The notes under the pieces: generated by a model
The model's input: the letters and a program-made list of their open reading frames with translations, nothing else
Told to the model about the DNA's origin: nothing
Database searches by the model: none
Program-made: the position numbers and the translations under genes
Shown here: one piece after another, positions 1 to 8,801 of the stretch
Numbering within the stretch: the first letter of the stretch is position 1
How the letters are laid out: every line of letters starts with the position of its first letter
IMG/VR virus record: IMGVR_UViG_3300012940_000022
Location: 1-64,000 of that record
Source: a virus
Direction: 5' to 3' (one strand)
DNA length: 64,000 bases

Positions 1-195
1 GAGCTTGCCGAGGGCGAGCACGCCGCCAAGATACTCGGAGCACGAATCAGCGCTACACCACTATTACTACATGACCGAGACGAAAAGGTGACGCGGCTCG
101 TTATTATGGATAAACTCTCGTTAGCCACACCAAAATTTTACCCGCGCCGTTCCGGCGTACCGGCGAAAGACCCAATCGGGCGAAAATCGCCGTAA
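1..195 (+). CDS. rsmG: 3' end of host 16S rRNA m7G527 methyltransferase RsmG/GidB (partial)
   Basis: Frame 1 (not in the ORF track) reads ELAEGEHAAKILGARI...RLVIMDKLSLATPKFYPRRSGVPAKDPIGRKSP*, stop TAA 193-195. This resembles the RsmG C-terminal TPxxYPRxxGxPxKxP motif. Confidence 0.75.
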   Translation, partial: ELAEGEHAAKILGARISATPLLLHDRDEKVTRLVIMDKLSLATPKFYPRRSGVPAKDPIGRKSP

Positions 196-207
196 TATAG
201 GGATGTT

Positions 208-1425
208 TTAGGTTCCTACCTCCTGCCTTCCGCCGTCGCGCTCCCCGCCCCGAGGCAACATCGGGACGACCTTGGGCGCAACTTGGGCACGCGACAGCGT
301 CAGTTCCCCTTGGTACAGCGCTCCGAGCGTCGTAATCGCACTCATCAAACCGTCCTGCTTCGGATGCACGTAGCGCTTGAGTGTGAACGTCGGATCGGTA
401 TGTCCAAGGATGTGCTGCACGTCGCTGGCCGTCACGCCCGCGGCGATAAGGTTGGTCGCACCGGTGTGACGAGCGCCATGCGGCGTGAGTTCTGGCAGCC
501 CGCTCTTCTCGACGGCGGTCGTCCATTGCTTGCTAAGGCCCCCGGGGGTAACCGGTTTATCCCTGTTGGCGCAGACCCAACCGCCATCATCCCAGTCTCG
601 CTCCGCTCTGACCCGCGCGAGCCTCGCGATGACATGCGCAGGAAGTGGAACGAACCGATCGCTCTCCTTTGTCTTCGCGCGATCCACAATGATTTGCTTA
701 CGGTTTTTGTCGCGGCTCCACGTGCGCCGGACGTGTATCAAGCCCGCCGTCATGTCGATGTCTTCCCATCGCAGCGCCGTCACCTCACCGATGCGCAGGA
801 GACTTGCAAACAACAGCTCAAAGGCGAATCCCCAACGGTGAGCGCGGGTGCCGCGCAAGAATTCCTCGACCTGTTTGGGACTCCATGTGTCGATCGGCGG
901 ATCCTCGACGGGAGGCCGCTTCACTTCAACGAGCGGCGACTCGATCAGGCCCCGCTCTTCGATCGCCAGGCGAATCGCCCCGCGCAGTACAACGAATCCT
1001 TTTTGGACCGACGCCGGTGAGAGCCCCTGGTCTGTCCATCCATCCACGAGGCGACGCGCCATCGCTGTCGTGAACTCGCTGACCGGGATATGTCGAACAG
1101 TATCGAAGCGACAACGGGCGGCAGACTCATACTGGGCAATCGTATTCTCTGACCGTGGCGAGCTAAGCGTCTTCAGCCAACGGTCGATGAGACTTCCAAG
1201 TGGCTCTCTGCTCATCTGGAACACCTCTCCCTTTGCGCGAGCCGCCTGCCGCTTCGCGATCCAGGCTTTCGCCTCCGCCTCGCACTGTTTGAGATTTCTG
1301 GCTTCTGTGCGCGGCCACTTCTTCCGTTCTTGGCGCCGCTTGCCATTGGCGTCGGTCCAAGAATCCCGCGCCTCCCACCCTTCCTCGCGTTTTGACGCCG
1401 AGGTGTAGCGTTTCACCGTTCCCAT
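208..1425 (-). CDS. int: Tyrosine integrase (405 aa)
   Basis: LRIGE (R), TPHGARHT (HxxR), LGH and YVH (Y) catalytic motifs. True start is probably ATG 1425 (MGTVKRY), with AAGGAG 7 nt upstream. Confidence 0.95.
   Translation of the reverse strand: MGTVKRYTSASKREEGWEARDSWTDANGKRRQERKKWPRTEARNLKQCEAEAKAWIAKRQAARAKGEVFQMSREPLGSLIDRWLKTLSSPRSENTIAQYESAARCRFDTVRHIPVSEFTTAMARRLVDGWTDQGLSPASVQKGFVVLRGAIRLAIEERGLIESPLVEVKRPPVEDPPIDTWSPKQVEEFLRGTRAHRWGFAFELLFASLLRIGEVTALRWEDIDMTAGLIHVRRTWSRDKNRKQIIVDRAKTKESDRFVPLPAHVIARLARVRAERDWDDGGWVCANRDKPVTPGGLSKQWTTAVEKSGLPELTPHGARHTGATNLIAAGVTASDVQHILGHTDPTFTLKRYVHPKQDGLMSAITTLGALYQGELTLSRAQVAPKVVPMLPRGGERDGGRQEVGT
261..289. repeat. Three 11-bp-phased direct repeats (TCGGGAC/TTGGGCG/TTGGGCA), possible integrase arm-type sites
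   Basis: Copies at 261, 272 and 283 within the int 3' end, near the presumed attL. Confidence 0.35.
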
Positions 1426-1555
1426 CGGCACGCTCCTTTGTGACTCTAGGGCGAAGAGCTGACTCGCTCGGCTACAGCACTTCTTCGATCTGGCGGCGAT
1501 TACGGTATTGGTGTAATCATTTGATATGACGCTCGTGTCACCGGCCGCACCGCAC

Positions 1556-1583
1556 TTGACGCATAGAACATTTGTGCTACTTT
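1556..1583 (+). promoter_or_regulatory. sigma70-type promoter with an overlapping LexA-box-like site
   Basis: TTGACG (1556-1561), 16-nt spacer, TGc-TACTTT (-10 at 1578-1583). AGAACATTTGTGCT (1565-1578) is one mismatch from GAAC-N4-GTTC. Confidence 0.55.
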
Positions 1584-1628
1584 TTAACACATCTTTTCGA
1601 GCAGTCAAGTAGTGGAGGACCACGGGCA

Positions 1629-2054
1629 ATGGGAAAGGACGCCGAGAGGAATGGCCCGAAGATCCAATGGGTTGGGATGTCGTTCTTGGAGTCCAACCGA
1701 GATGGGGATCGGCGGCACACCACCAACCGCATTGAAATGACGGCCGACGCGGCCGGAGTACAGTATCGAACAAGTGGTTTTGATACGGGTCGTGATGCTG
1801 CCGTCACAACCGGTTCAGCGCATGTCCGCGCGTTTCTCACTCGCATTGATGAGGCAAATCGAGCGGCGTCAGCGATCATTCCGTTCACCAAAGAGATGCA
1901 AATCGGTAAAGGAAAATCACGCGAACGACGTGATCCGAATGGACTCGTCCGCTGTCCTGCCTGTGAGGGCCATGCATGGGAGGACTGTGTGCTGTGCGAT
2001 GGAAGCGGAGAATGTTCGGAGCGGGCAGCTAAGGCATTTATCTCTTTTTCTTGA
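1629..2054 (+). CDS. Hypothetical protein with C-terminal Zn ribbon (candidate antirepressor)
   Basis: GGAGGA RBS before ATG 1629; CPACEG...CVLCDGSGEC motif; converges on the repressor gene. Confidence 0.65.
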   Translation: MGKDAERNGPKIQWVGMSFLESNRDGDRRHTTNRIEMTADAAGVQYRTSGFDTGRDAAVTTGSAHVRAFLTRIDEANRAASAIIPFTKEMQIGKGKSRERRDPNGLVRCPACEGHAWEDCVLCDGSGECSERAAKAFISFS

Positions 2055-2499
2055 GCGGAAAGATTTCCAGAATTTGGTAGATGGGCTGAAGGACTCCAGG
2101 CGGAAAGTCTCGCTCCTCGAGTGCCACCTGAATCCGCGCCTTGGCTGCCTGGACGCTAACCATGTCGTGAACTGCTTTCGCTTCTTCGATCGCAGCGTTG
2201 TCTGGGAGACGGCGCGAATGATCGAGAGCTGGCGAGTATTCGTCTAAAGTCACGGGATCAATTGCCAGAACGCCGGCCGCAATCAGGTCTTCGTCTGACG
2301 TGTTGAGTACGGCGTGAATTTTATCCCGAGTTTCCTTGGTCGGGAGTCCCACCGAGTCTTTCCCTTCGGATTTCTCCAAGGCAACGATGTACGTCCGTTG
2401 AAGGCCAGCCCGAGTCGCCAGTGCTTGCTGAGTCAAGACTGGCGTTCTTCTTCTGCGTTCCCGTCTCAGCCATTGAGCATACGTCAGCGGTGAAGCCAT
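2038..2499 (-). CDS. XRE-family HTH prophage repressor (153 aa)
   Basis: LRRERRRR..LTQQALATRAGLQRTYIVALEK HTH; divergent from the early operon; no S24 peptidase domain visible. Confidence 0.85.
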   Translation of the reverse strand: MASPLTYAQWLRRERRRRTPVLTQQALATRAGLQRTYIVALEKSEGKDSVGLPTKETRDKIHAVLNTSDEDLIAAGVLAIDPVTLDEYSPALDHSRRLPDNAAIEEAKAVHDMVSVQAAKARIQVALEERDFPPGVLQPIYQILEIFPLKKKR

Positions 2500-2525
2500 G
2501 CCTTGATTGTCTGACACGGTCGTAC

Positions 2526-2575
2526 TTGACACAACGTCATACCATGTCATATCATGATTCGCATAGTCATATGAC
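2526..2575 (+). promoter_or_regulatory. Early lytic promoter and operator array
   Basis: TTGACA 2526-2531 and TATCAT 2550-2555. GTCATA at 2536, 2546 and 2566 (10-bp phase); palindrome GTCATATGAC 2566-2575. Confidence 0.7.
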
Positions 2576-2590
2576 GTAGGAGTACGATTC

Positions 2591-2818
2591 ATGACATTGA
2601 CGGAGAAAAGGGAGAGTTCTCGGATCATCTTCCGTGTTGACTCCGATCTGAAGGAACGCATCGCACGAGATGCGGAGGAACGATTCGGCGGCAACGAAAG
2701 CATGACCGTGCGCGCCGCGCTTGAGCTTTATCTCGATCTCCGCGACGTTCATGGACCGCACTTCGATTTGATAGTCCTGGGGCTTCGACAGCCGCGCGAG
2801 TTGAAGGCAGCGATATGA
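2591..2818 (+). CDS. Ribbon-helix-helix (Arc/CopG-like) regulator in the cro position
   Basis: RIIFRVDSDLKERIARDAEERFGGNESMTVRAALELYL strand-helix-helix pattern; AGGAG RBS. Confidence 0.75.
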   Translation: MTLTEKRESSRIIFRVDSDLKERIARDAEERFGGNESMTVRAALELYLDLRDVHGPHFDLIVLGLRQPRELKAAI

Positions 2819-3078
2819 CCGCTGCGACATCCACGGAAAACCTGACCCTCAAGCAACTCTGCGAAGAAATCGGCTACAGCGATCGGACCGTGATGAGGCT
2901 GCTCGCGGAAGGCAAGGGGCCGGGAATCAAGACCGGCAACCGCTACCTGATCCGCCGCGAATGGGTCGACAAGTGGAAAGCGGGCGAGCTGGGTTTCTGG
3001 TCCATCGCCATCGCCGGACTTCGCCAGGTCGAATCGATACCAGAGCCGGAACCCATCTATGTGCGAAGGGTGTCCTAG
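2815..3078 (+). CDS. Excisionase-like HTH_17 protein
   Basis: LTLKQLCEEIGYSDRTVMRLLAEGKGPGIKTGNRYLIRREWVDKW; ATGA overlap with the previous gene. Confidence 0.8.
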   Translation: MTAATSTENLTLKQLCEEIGYSDRTVMRLLAEGKGPGIKTGNRYLIRREWVDKWKAGELGFWSIAIAGLRQVESIPEPEPIYVRRVS

Positions 3079-3783
3079 ATGCGTACCGAACAGACCGTCA
3101 TCAGCACTGATCAATACGACGCGTGGTACCGCGAGTTGCTTCGCGAGGAGAGCGCCGGCATCCGGCATTGGATTCAACGCCGGCGGGAAGAGGAGCGAGC
3201 AAATGCCGAAACGGCAGCAGCCCCGGCCAACGAGTTGGGTGATGGAGAAGAAGGGCAACCGATACCGGGTGCGCGGGCCGATCGAGGACCGCGACGGATT
3301 GCCACTCCCGGAGCTGCCGGAGGAGTACTTGCTCTCATCCAAGGCGCGGGCAATGTCGATCCTCAACGGCCGGGCGAGCAACCGGATGACAACGGAGCAG
3401 GCCGAACGGCTGCGGCAGATCGACTTGCAGCAATTCCCACAGAAATCGGCGGCGGAACTGCGAGCGGAAGCGGCGAAGAACAAGGAGGAGCGGCTGATCC
3501 GCATGCACGGATCGGCGGAATCGGCGGCGAAGGCGAAGCTGAACCACATTCTCCGCGAGTCCCGGCGCCTGGCACCGGAAGCGACTACCAGTTCGTCCGC
3601 ACTGACTCCGCCTACCTGATGTTGGTCGCCAAGGGCAACCGGCTGCGGGCGGGCATGCACCTGGCCGACAGCCGAAATCCCCGGCTGAAGCTTACGGACG
3701 AACAACGCGAAGACCTGTATTGGAAGTCGATCGAAGCCGGCGAGCGCGCGACCGCCGCCGAAGTGCTCGCAGTGGGATTTTGA
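3079..3783 (+). CDS. Hypothetical phage protein
   Basis: Abuts xis and is coupled in the operon; low-complexity Gly/Ala middle. Confidence 0.6.
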   Translation: MRTEQTVISTDQYDAWYRELLREESAGIRHWIQRRREEERANAETAAAPANELGDGEEGQPIPGARADRGPRRIATPGAAGGVLALIQGAGNVDPQRPGEQPDDNGAGRTAAADRLAAIPTEIGGGTASGSGEEQGGAADPHARIGGIGGEGEAEPHSPRVPAPGTGSDYQFVRTDSAYLMLVAKGNRLRAGMHLADSRNPRLKLTDEQREDLYWKSIEAGERATAAEVLAVGF

Positions 3784-3786
3784 CCA

Positions 3787-3972
3787 ATGACGACAGAGAC
3801 CGAGCTCGCCGAACACCGCGAGCAACTGGCCGAAGCCGAGGCCGAAATCGAGCGGATTCGCGAAGAGAAGCGAACGTGCGACGCCGCACTCGCCTGGCTG
3901 CGGCTGGATGAAGAACAGCGTGAGTGGCAGGAGAAGGCCGATCGCCTTCGCAACCTGGTGAGGTGGGGATAG
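3787..3972 (+). CDS. Small coiled-coil hypothetical protein
   Basis: Operon spacing; heptad-like Glu/Ala-rich sequence. Confidence 0.6.
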   Translation: MTTETELAEHREQLAEAEAEIERIREEKRTCDAALAWLRLDEEQREWQEKADRLRNLVRWG

Positions 3973-4344
3973 ATGCTCGGATTTCTGTTTGGGCCGAAGT
4001 GGGCTTTGATGCCCAAGACGGCGTACGACGACCGCGCCAACGGCACCGGTGAGATCCCGGCGCGGAATTGCCTGCACTGCGTTGCCGCGAGCATGGTTGA
4101 GGGCGAGGCGTACGTCCTCATTGACGTGCACGAGACGATCAAACGCGGCGAGCCTATGACGTTCGCCGGGCTGCGCACGGGCGACCACGTCATCTTCCTC
4201 GGCGAAATGGAGGACGGCATCGCCGCCGACATTCGCATCGAAATCGATGAGGTCCATCTCAAACGTTCCCAACTTGCTCATGAGAGTGCTGCCTCCGAGG
4301 CCGTCGCTGCAGTCGAAGCACTGCTCTTCGGTGAGTCGAAATGA
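3973..4344 (+). CDS. Hypothetical phage protein
   Basis: Directly follows the previous stop codon. Confidence 0.55.
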   Translation: MLGFLFGPKWALMPKTAYDDRANGTGEIPARNCLHCVAASMVEGEAYVLIDVHETIKRGEPMTFAGLRTGDHVIFLGEMEDGIAADIRIEIDEVHLKRSQLAHESAASEAVAAVEALLFGESK

Positions 4345-4925
4345 TTGCGGCCGGAAGCGTCGCGACCAGCACCCGAGGCAACGCCCGCACCTGCGCCGAA
4401 CGGGTGTCGTCTGGCCCATTGTCTCGGGTGCTGCTCGCGGCGCTTCCGCACGGCGCCGCAGCGTCCCTTCCCTTCCGGACCCGCCGGGCCGCACACCCGG
4501 CAGCCACCACCCCGCCCCTCATCGGGGTGGTGGTCACAGCGCCTCGATGTCTGCCAAACGGATGGTCCGCTTGGCGGCGCCGATCTCGGGGCGCTGCGAC
4601 CGCCATCGCGCGAGCGGTGATTGAAGGCAAGAAAGGAGATCGCCATGCCCGGTTAGCTCGGACGTGGAAATGCTCAGAGTTGGTTGAGAACGCACGAGAG
4701 ATCAACGCCACCACCCGAACGGCTGGGAGGACACCATGTAGCTCCCCGGCAAGTGGTGAGCGGCGGCAATTACGGGCGGACGAACACACCTACCCGAATC
4801 GCACTCGAGAGAGCGCCGAGCCGCCGCGACACCACCACGCGCTCACGCCGAGCGCACCACTGACTCTAGCCGCGCACGGTCAATGCGGCCGTGACGCAAC
4901 CGCGAAAAGGAGCAACGTACTTGCG

Positions 4926-5273
4926 ATGGGTACCCCACCCAAGCTGCACCGCCGCCTGGTGGAGAGCATCGAGCACTTTCAGGAGTCGTTCGACAGCGCG
5001 CTCTCACCCGAGTCCGACGGCGGGATCAGCATCACCCCGTTCGAATTCATGAGCCTGGGAGCCGAGCTCCACAACTCGTTGATGCCCTTGGTCCTGCAGA
5101 CCGCCGACACGATGCGGCTGGTGGGCACGGCGATCGATACCGGAGTTGAGTCAGCCTGGCTCGCCCGGCAAATGCAGGAGCAAGTCGAACTCACGAAGCG
5201 GCTCGAAGCGGAGCGGTACGAGGAGGCGGAGGCGGTCGCGCACCTGCTGGTGATGACCGAGAGCGCCGCCTAA
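4926..5273 (+). CDS. Hypothetical protein (115 aa)
   Basis: AAAAGGAG upstream of ATG 4926; C-terminal part of track ORF 4341..5273. Confidence 0.65.
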   Translation: MGTPPKLHRRLVESIEHFQESFDSALSPESDGGISITPFEFMSLGAELHNSLMPLVLQTADTMRLVGTAIDTGVESAWLARQMQEQVELTKRLEAERYEEAEAVAHLLVMTESAA

Positions 5274-5344
5274 CGACGAACGCTCATCCGAGGGCAATCG
5301 GACGAGCGCTCTATCAAAGGGACAACCTAGGGAGATTTTACATC

Positions 5345-5704
5345 ATGCCGAGAACGATCGAAACAACAAACACCACGACGATCCGCCGGCTCAATGCCGC
5401 GATCGGCGACGTGACCGTTTCGCTGACGGTCGTGCAAGGGGCCAAGGGCGATGCGGCGAGTGCGGAGGCGATCTTCCGCCAGCTCCGCGATGCCGCTGCC
5501 GAATCGGTCGACGATCAGTCGCTGCAGGGCGCGATCTGGACCGCTTGGAGCGAAGACGTCGACACGCACATCTGCGAGCACCGCGAGCTCAAGCGCAGCC
5601 AGTGGGAAACCACGAAGCCGCTGGTGATCATCGCGGCGCCCGGCGCGCACGCGCCTGAGATCGATAACGCCTGCCGCAACTACGACGGAGAGCAGATCGC
5701 ATGA
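5345..5704 (+). CDS. Hypothetical phage protein
   Basis: GGGAG RBS, preceded by a small hairpin (5281-5308). Confidence 0.65.
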   Translation: MPRTIETTNTTTIRRLNAAIGDVTVSLTVVQGAKGDAASAEAIFRQLRDAAAESVDDQSLQGAIWTAWSEDVDTHICEHRELKRSQWETTKPLVIIAAPGAHAPEIDNACRNYDGEQIA

Positions 5705-5841
5705 GCATCGATCTGTTTGATGTCGCTGTTCGCCTCCTGATTGTCCTGGTTTGCATTGCCGGTGCCGTTTGGGGATTCGCCACGGTATCCGCCCTGAGTG
5801 CGTCACGACGGAGTGATGCTGTTTTTGGAGATGGTGAGTGA
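5701..5841 (+). CDS. 46-aa single-TM membrane protein
   Basis: Not in the ORF track: MSIDLFDVAVRLLIVLVCIAGAVWGFATVSALSASRRSDAVFGDGE*, with ATGA and TGATG overlaps on either side. Confidence 0.65.
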   Translation: MSIDLFDVAVRLLIVLVCIAGAVWGFATVSALSASRRSDAVFGDGE

Positions 5842-6935
5842 TGGCTGATCGAGCGCTTTCAACGATTCAACCCTCGGATGCCGCGACTCCACGGGAAGTC
5901 GGCTCAATTGTCTCAATGGGACGAGCGAGCGCCGTGGACTACCTCGTGGAATTCGAGGCCGCAATCAAGATCGGGGAGTACATCTTCCAGTCTGGTCTTG
6001 CTCCCGCCGGTGTGAGGAACGGCGCAGCCGCTGCAGTGCTCATCCTGACCGGCCACGAATACGGCATGTCGTGGATGCAATCGATGCGGCTCTTCCACGT
6101 CATTGGCAATAAGGCCGTGCTCTCATCCGACGCGATGATGGGCCTCATCAATGACCACTGCCGGCGCATGGGTGGCGGCTACGCGAAGGTGATTGAGGAA
6201 ACGACCGAACGTTGCACGGTTGAGTTTCAGCGACATGACCGCAGCGACAACGAATACGCAACCTTCTCGATGGACGATGCCAAGCGCGCGAATCTCGCCA
6301 ATAAAGAGACGTGGAAAGCCTACCCACAAGACATGCTCCGTGCGCGGGCGCAGGCCAGGGCTTGCCGAAGAGGATGGCCGGAGATCGTCGGCGGCATGTA
6401 CGACCCGGATGAGCTAAGCGGGAGTTCGCAGGACGTGGGAGGCAGCGCCGGTGGGTATGTGGAGGTGCAACGCCCGACCGCGATCGCGAAAGCGATCGAA
6501 ACGAAGATCGCGACCGGCGACCAGAACATCATTGATGCGGACACATCAAATCCCATTCCGAGGGATAACGCATCCAACAAAGCGCAGCAACCCCGTCAAA
6601 CCACTGCTGCCAAAAACACCGCCACCGAAGCCAACCCCTCGCCGCGCGCAACCCCGAAAGCGATAGCTGACCTCAAGGCGTTTGCGGCTGAAAAGCACGT
6701 GGACGAGACCGACCTGCTCAAGCTCGCCTGGTTCAACTGCCAGGTCCAGCAATTGGAAGAGCTCGATGGCAAGGGCATGTACAGCATGCGAAGCATCCTC
6801 CAGCGACCGATCGACGAGTTGTCTATCGCGGTCAGTGATGCGCGTGACTGCTGGGACGACGCCATAGCCAAAGCGGCGGAGGCCGAGCTGACCGGCGAGG
6901 AAGAGGACGGCGACTACACGGACCTCAACGACTAA
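5841..6935 (+). CDS. RecT/Bet-like ssDNA annealing protein
   Basis: AAAVLILTGHEYGMSWMQSMRLFHVIGNK, FSMDDAKRANL..KETWKAYPQDMLRARAQARACR..WPEIVGGMYDPDE motifs. Confidence 0.75.
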   Translation: MADRALSTIQPSDAATPREVGSIVSMGRASAVDYLVEFEAAIKIGEYIFQSGLAPAGVRNGAAAAVLILTGHEYGMSWMQSMRLFHVIGNKAVLSSDAMMGLINDHCRRMGGGYAKVIEETTERCTVEFQRHDRSDNEYATFSMDDAKRANLANKETWKAYPQDMLRARAQARACRRGWPEIVGGMYDPDELSGSSQDVGGSAGGYVEVQRPTAIAKAIETKIATGDQNIIDADTSNPIPRDNASNKAQQPRQTTAAKNTATEANPSPRATPKAIADLKAFAAEKHVDETDLLKLAWFNCQVQQLEELDGKGMYSMRSILQRPIDELSIAVSDARDCWDDAIAKAAEAELTGEEEDGDYTDLND

Positions 6936-6990
6936 CCCGACCGATTCGCATCCATCGGCCGGGTAAGCCGGCAAGAAAGGTTCTGCTCGC

Positions 6991-7545
6991 ATGAGCCTAT
7001 CCATCAATAAAACGATCCAACGGATCTACGTCACCAAGTGCTACGCCATGGGCGAAGACATCATCGCCGGGGTCCACTCGACCGAAGAAGGCGCACGCCT
7101 GCTCGATCAACAGCTCACTGCCGATGGCTTCAAGCCACAAACCTACGAATGCATCCCGCTCGACTGCGTTGATGTCCCGTACGTGAAGCACGTATGGGTA
7201 ATGAAGGTCGACTTCGATGAATGGGATGGCGAGGTGTCTATTCGCGTGATGCCGGTGCCGGTGCTGCCATCGCAGGCTCTGTACGAGCCCGAATGGAGTC
7301 ATCGTGGATTCCGGATGTTCTTCATGGCTGGGGAGAGCGAGCACGATGCGCTCGCAGTCGCCTTCCAGTTGTATCGCGAGCAGCGAACGCAGATGGAAAG
7401 CCTCACGGCGGAAGTACGAACGCGAGAGCGCACCCGCACCGAAGAGCGGAAACGAGCCGAGCGGACAGAGGCGAAAGCCGATTTGCTCCCAGCGCCAGAA
7501 ACCGTCGAAAACACCTTCCGCTCCGCTGGCGAGGTCGAATTCTAG
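6991..7545 (+). CDS. Hypothetical phage protein
   Basis: AGAAAGG RBS; operon context. Confidence 0.65.
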   Translation: MSLSINKTIQRIYVTKCYAMGEDIIAGVHSTEEGARLLDQQLTADGFKPQTYECIPLDCVDVPYVKHVWVMKVDFDEWDGEVSIRVMPVPVLPSQALYEPEWSHRGFRMFFMAGESEHDALAVAFQLYREQRTQMESLTAEVRTRERTRTEERKRAERTEAKADLLPAPETVENTFRSAGEVEF

Positions 7546-7592
7546 TCCCTGATCCGGCCGGGTCCTGAATCCGGCCGTGGAGATTTGCTGCC

Positions 7593-8243
7593 ATGGTGCA
7601 ATCCGTACCGCTCTCAACCAACGACCAGCCCACCCCATTGCGTCGAGCCGGTGCCGAGGAGCGCCGAGATGAAGTCCGTCGCGCTGCTGCTGAGCGGATG
7701 CGTGAACGCGCGGACAAGCTGCAGTCACGAGCTGAAAAGCTGGAGTCGGGCGTGCTGTTCGACATCCCCGACGACTACCAGTTCTTTTCTCAGGAGTTCC
7801 TCAACGCGCCGTCCATCGAAGCCATCGCTTCAAGCCTCATTGGCAAGTGGCCGGAGTTCGATGGCCTCGAGGACCTGCAGCTTCGGTACCTCTGGAAGAA
7901 GAAAGGCGGTGCCAAGGGCGGCATTCTCACGCTCGGCAAATGCGAGAAGGTCAGCGGACTCTCGCACTACTTCAGCGAAGCGGATTTCGTCATCTGGATA
8001 GCGGCCGACAACTGCCGCGAACTGGAGATCACGAAGGAGCAGATGGTCGCCGAGGTCTACCACGAGCTCAAGCACATCGAGATCATCGAGGATGAGATCA
8101 CTCAGGAAATCACCTACGCCATTCGGCCGCACGATGTCGAGATGTTCTTCGATGAAGTGAACCGCTACGGGTTGTGGCGTGAAGCGCTCAATGGCGCCGC
8201 CGAGACATTTGCGCAGCTCCGGTTGCCGGTCGAGGAGCGGTAA
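7593..8243 (+). CDS. Putative phage metallopeptidase
   Basis: HELKH zinc motif plus PHDVEMF...VNRYG and LGKCEKV. Confidence 0.75.
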   Translation: MVQSVPLSTNDQPTPLRRAGAEERRDEVRRAAAERMRERADKLQSRAEKLESGVLFDIPDDYQFFSQEFLNAPSIEAIASSLIGKWPEFDGLEDLQLRYLWKKKGGAKGGILTLGKCEKVSGLSHYFSEADFVIWIAADNCRELEITKEQMVAEVYHELKHIEIIEDEITQEITYAIRPHDVEMFFDEVNRYGLWREALNGAAETFAQLRLPVEER

Positions 8244-8249
8244 CCAGCG

Positions 8250-8801
8250 ATGGCGCGGCGACGATATCTCTCTACGAAGATTTCCACCGATACCAGGGTC
8301 AACCGTCTCGCGATGGAGAGCGGGGACTTTGCAGCACTGCTGTACACCTGGCTCATTCCCCACGCGGCTGACGATCGCACCCTGACCGGTGACCCGGAAG
8401 AGCTGATGCTTCAGGTCTGCCCAGGTCGGAGAGATAAGTCGCCGGAAGACATTGCGGCCGCACTCAACGCCATGGTCACACTCGGTCTGATCGTCTGGGA
8501 TCGAGGTGCGGCGACCATCGAGATCGCGGCCGACGATTGGCATCGTTGGCTCGGCCCATCCGATATCTCTCAAAGGATTCGCGACATCACCACTGCGCAA
8601 TGGCGACGACTCCGAATTGCTGTGTTTGAGCGCGACGATTATCGATGCCAGTACTGCGGCATAGTCGCTGCAAGTCCTGAATGCGACCACGTGATCCCCA
8701 TTAGTCGCGGCGGCACGAATGAAATGTCGAACTTGGCTACGGCGTGTCGGAAATGCAACCGCTCCAAACAGGCCAAGCTGATCACGGAATGGGTGCATTG
8801 A
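8250..8801 (+). CDS. Replisome-organizer-like N-terminus fused to HNH endonuclease
   Basis: [12 protein letters not shown]...[14 protein letters not shown]-terminus; [10 protein letters not shown]...[11 protein letters not shown]...[16 protein letters not shown]. Confidence 0.8.
   Translation: MARRRYLSTKISTDTRVNRLAMESGDFAALLYTWLIPHAADDRTLTGDPEELMLQVCPGRRDKSPEDIAAALNAMVTLGLIVWDRGAATIEIAADDWHRWLGPSDISQRIRDITTAQWRRLRIAVFERDDYRCQYCGIVAASPECDHVIPISRGGTNEMSNLATACRKCNRSKQAKLITEWVH

Noticed and set aside
211-234. GGTTCCTACCTCCTGCCTTCCGCC resembling a tRNA 3' end (att site)
   Set aside because: No TTCGA T-loop, no CCA and no cloverleaf.
1426-1773. N-terminal extension of the integrase in the ORF track (521 aa)
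   Set aside because: It overlaps the divergent promoter and gene; the strong AAGGAG SD supports ATG 1425.
2749-4494. 581-aa minus-strand ORF
   Set aside because: Antisense shadow of coupled plus-strand genes in high-GC DNA; no motifs.
4341-4925. N-terminal 195 aa of track ORF 4341..5273
   Set aside because: Low-complexity, non-protein-like sequence; the SD supports a start at 4926.
7553-7578. CCGGCCGGGTCCTGAATCCGGCCG, T-arm-like hairpin
   Set aside because: Too short; no other tRNA arms.
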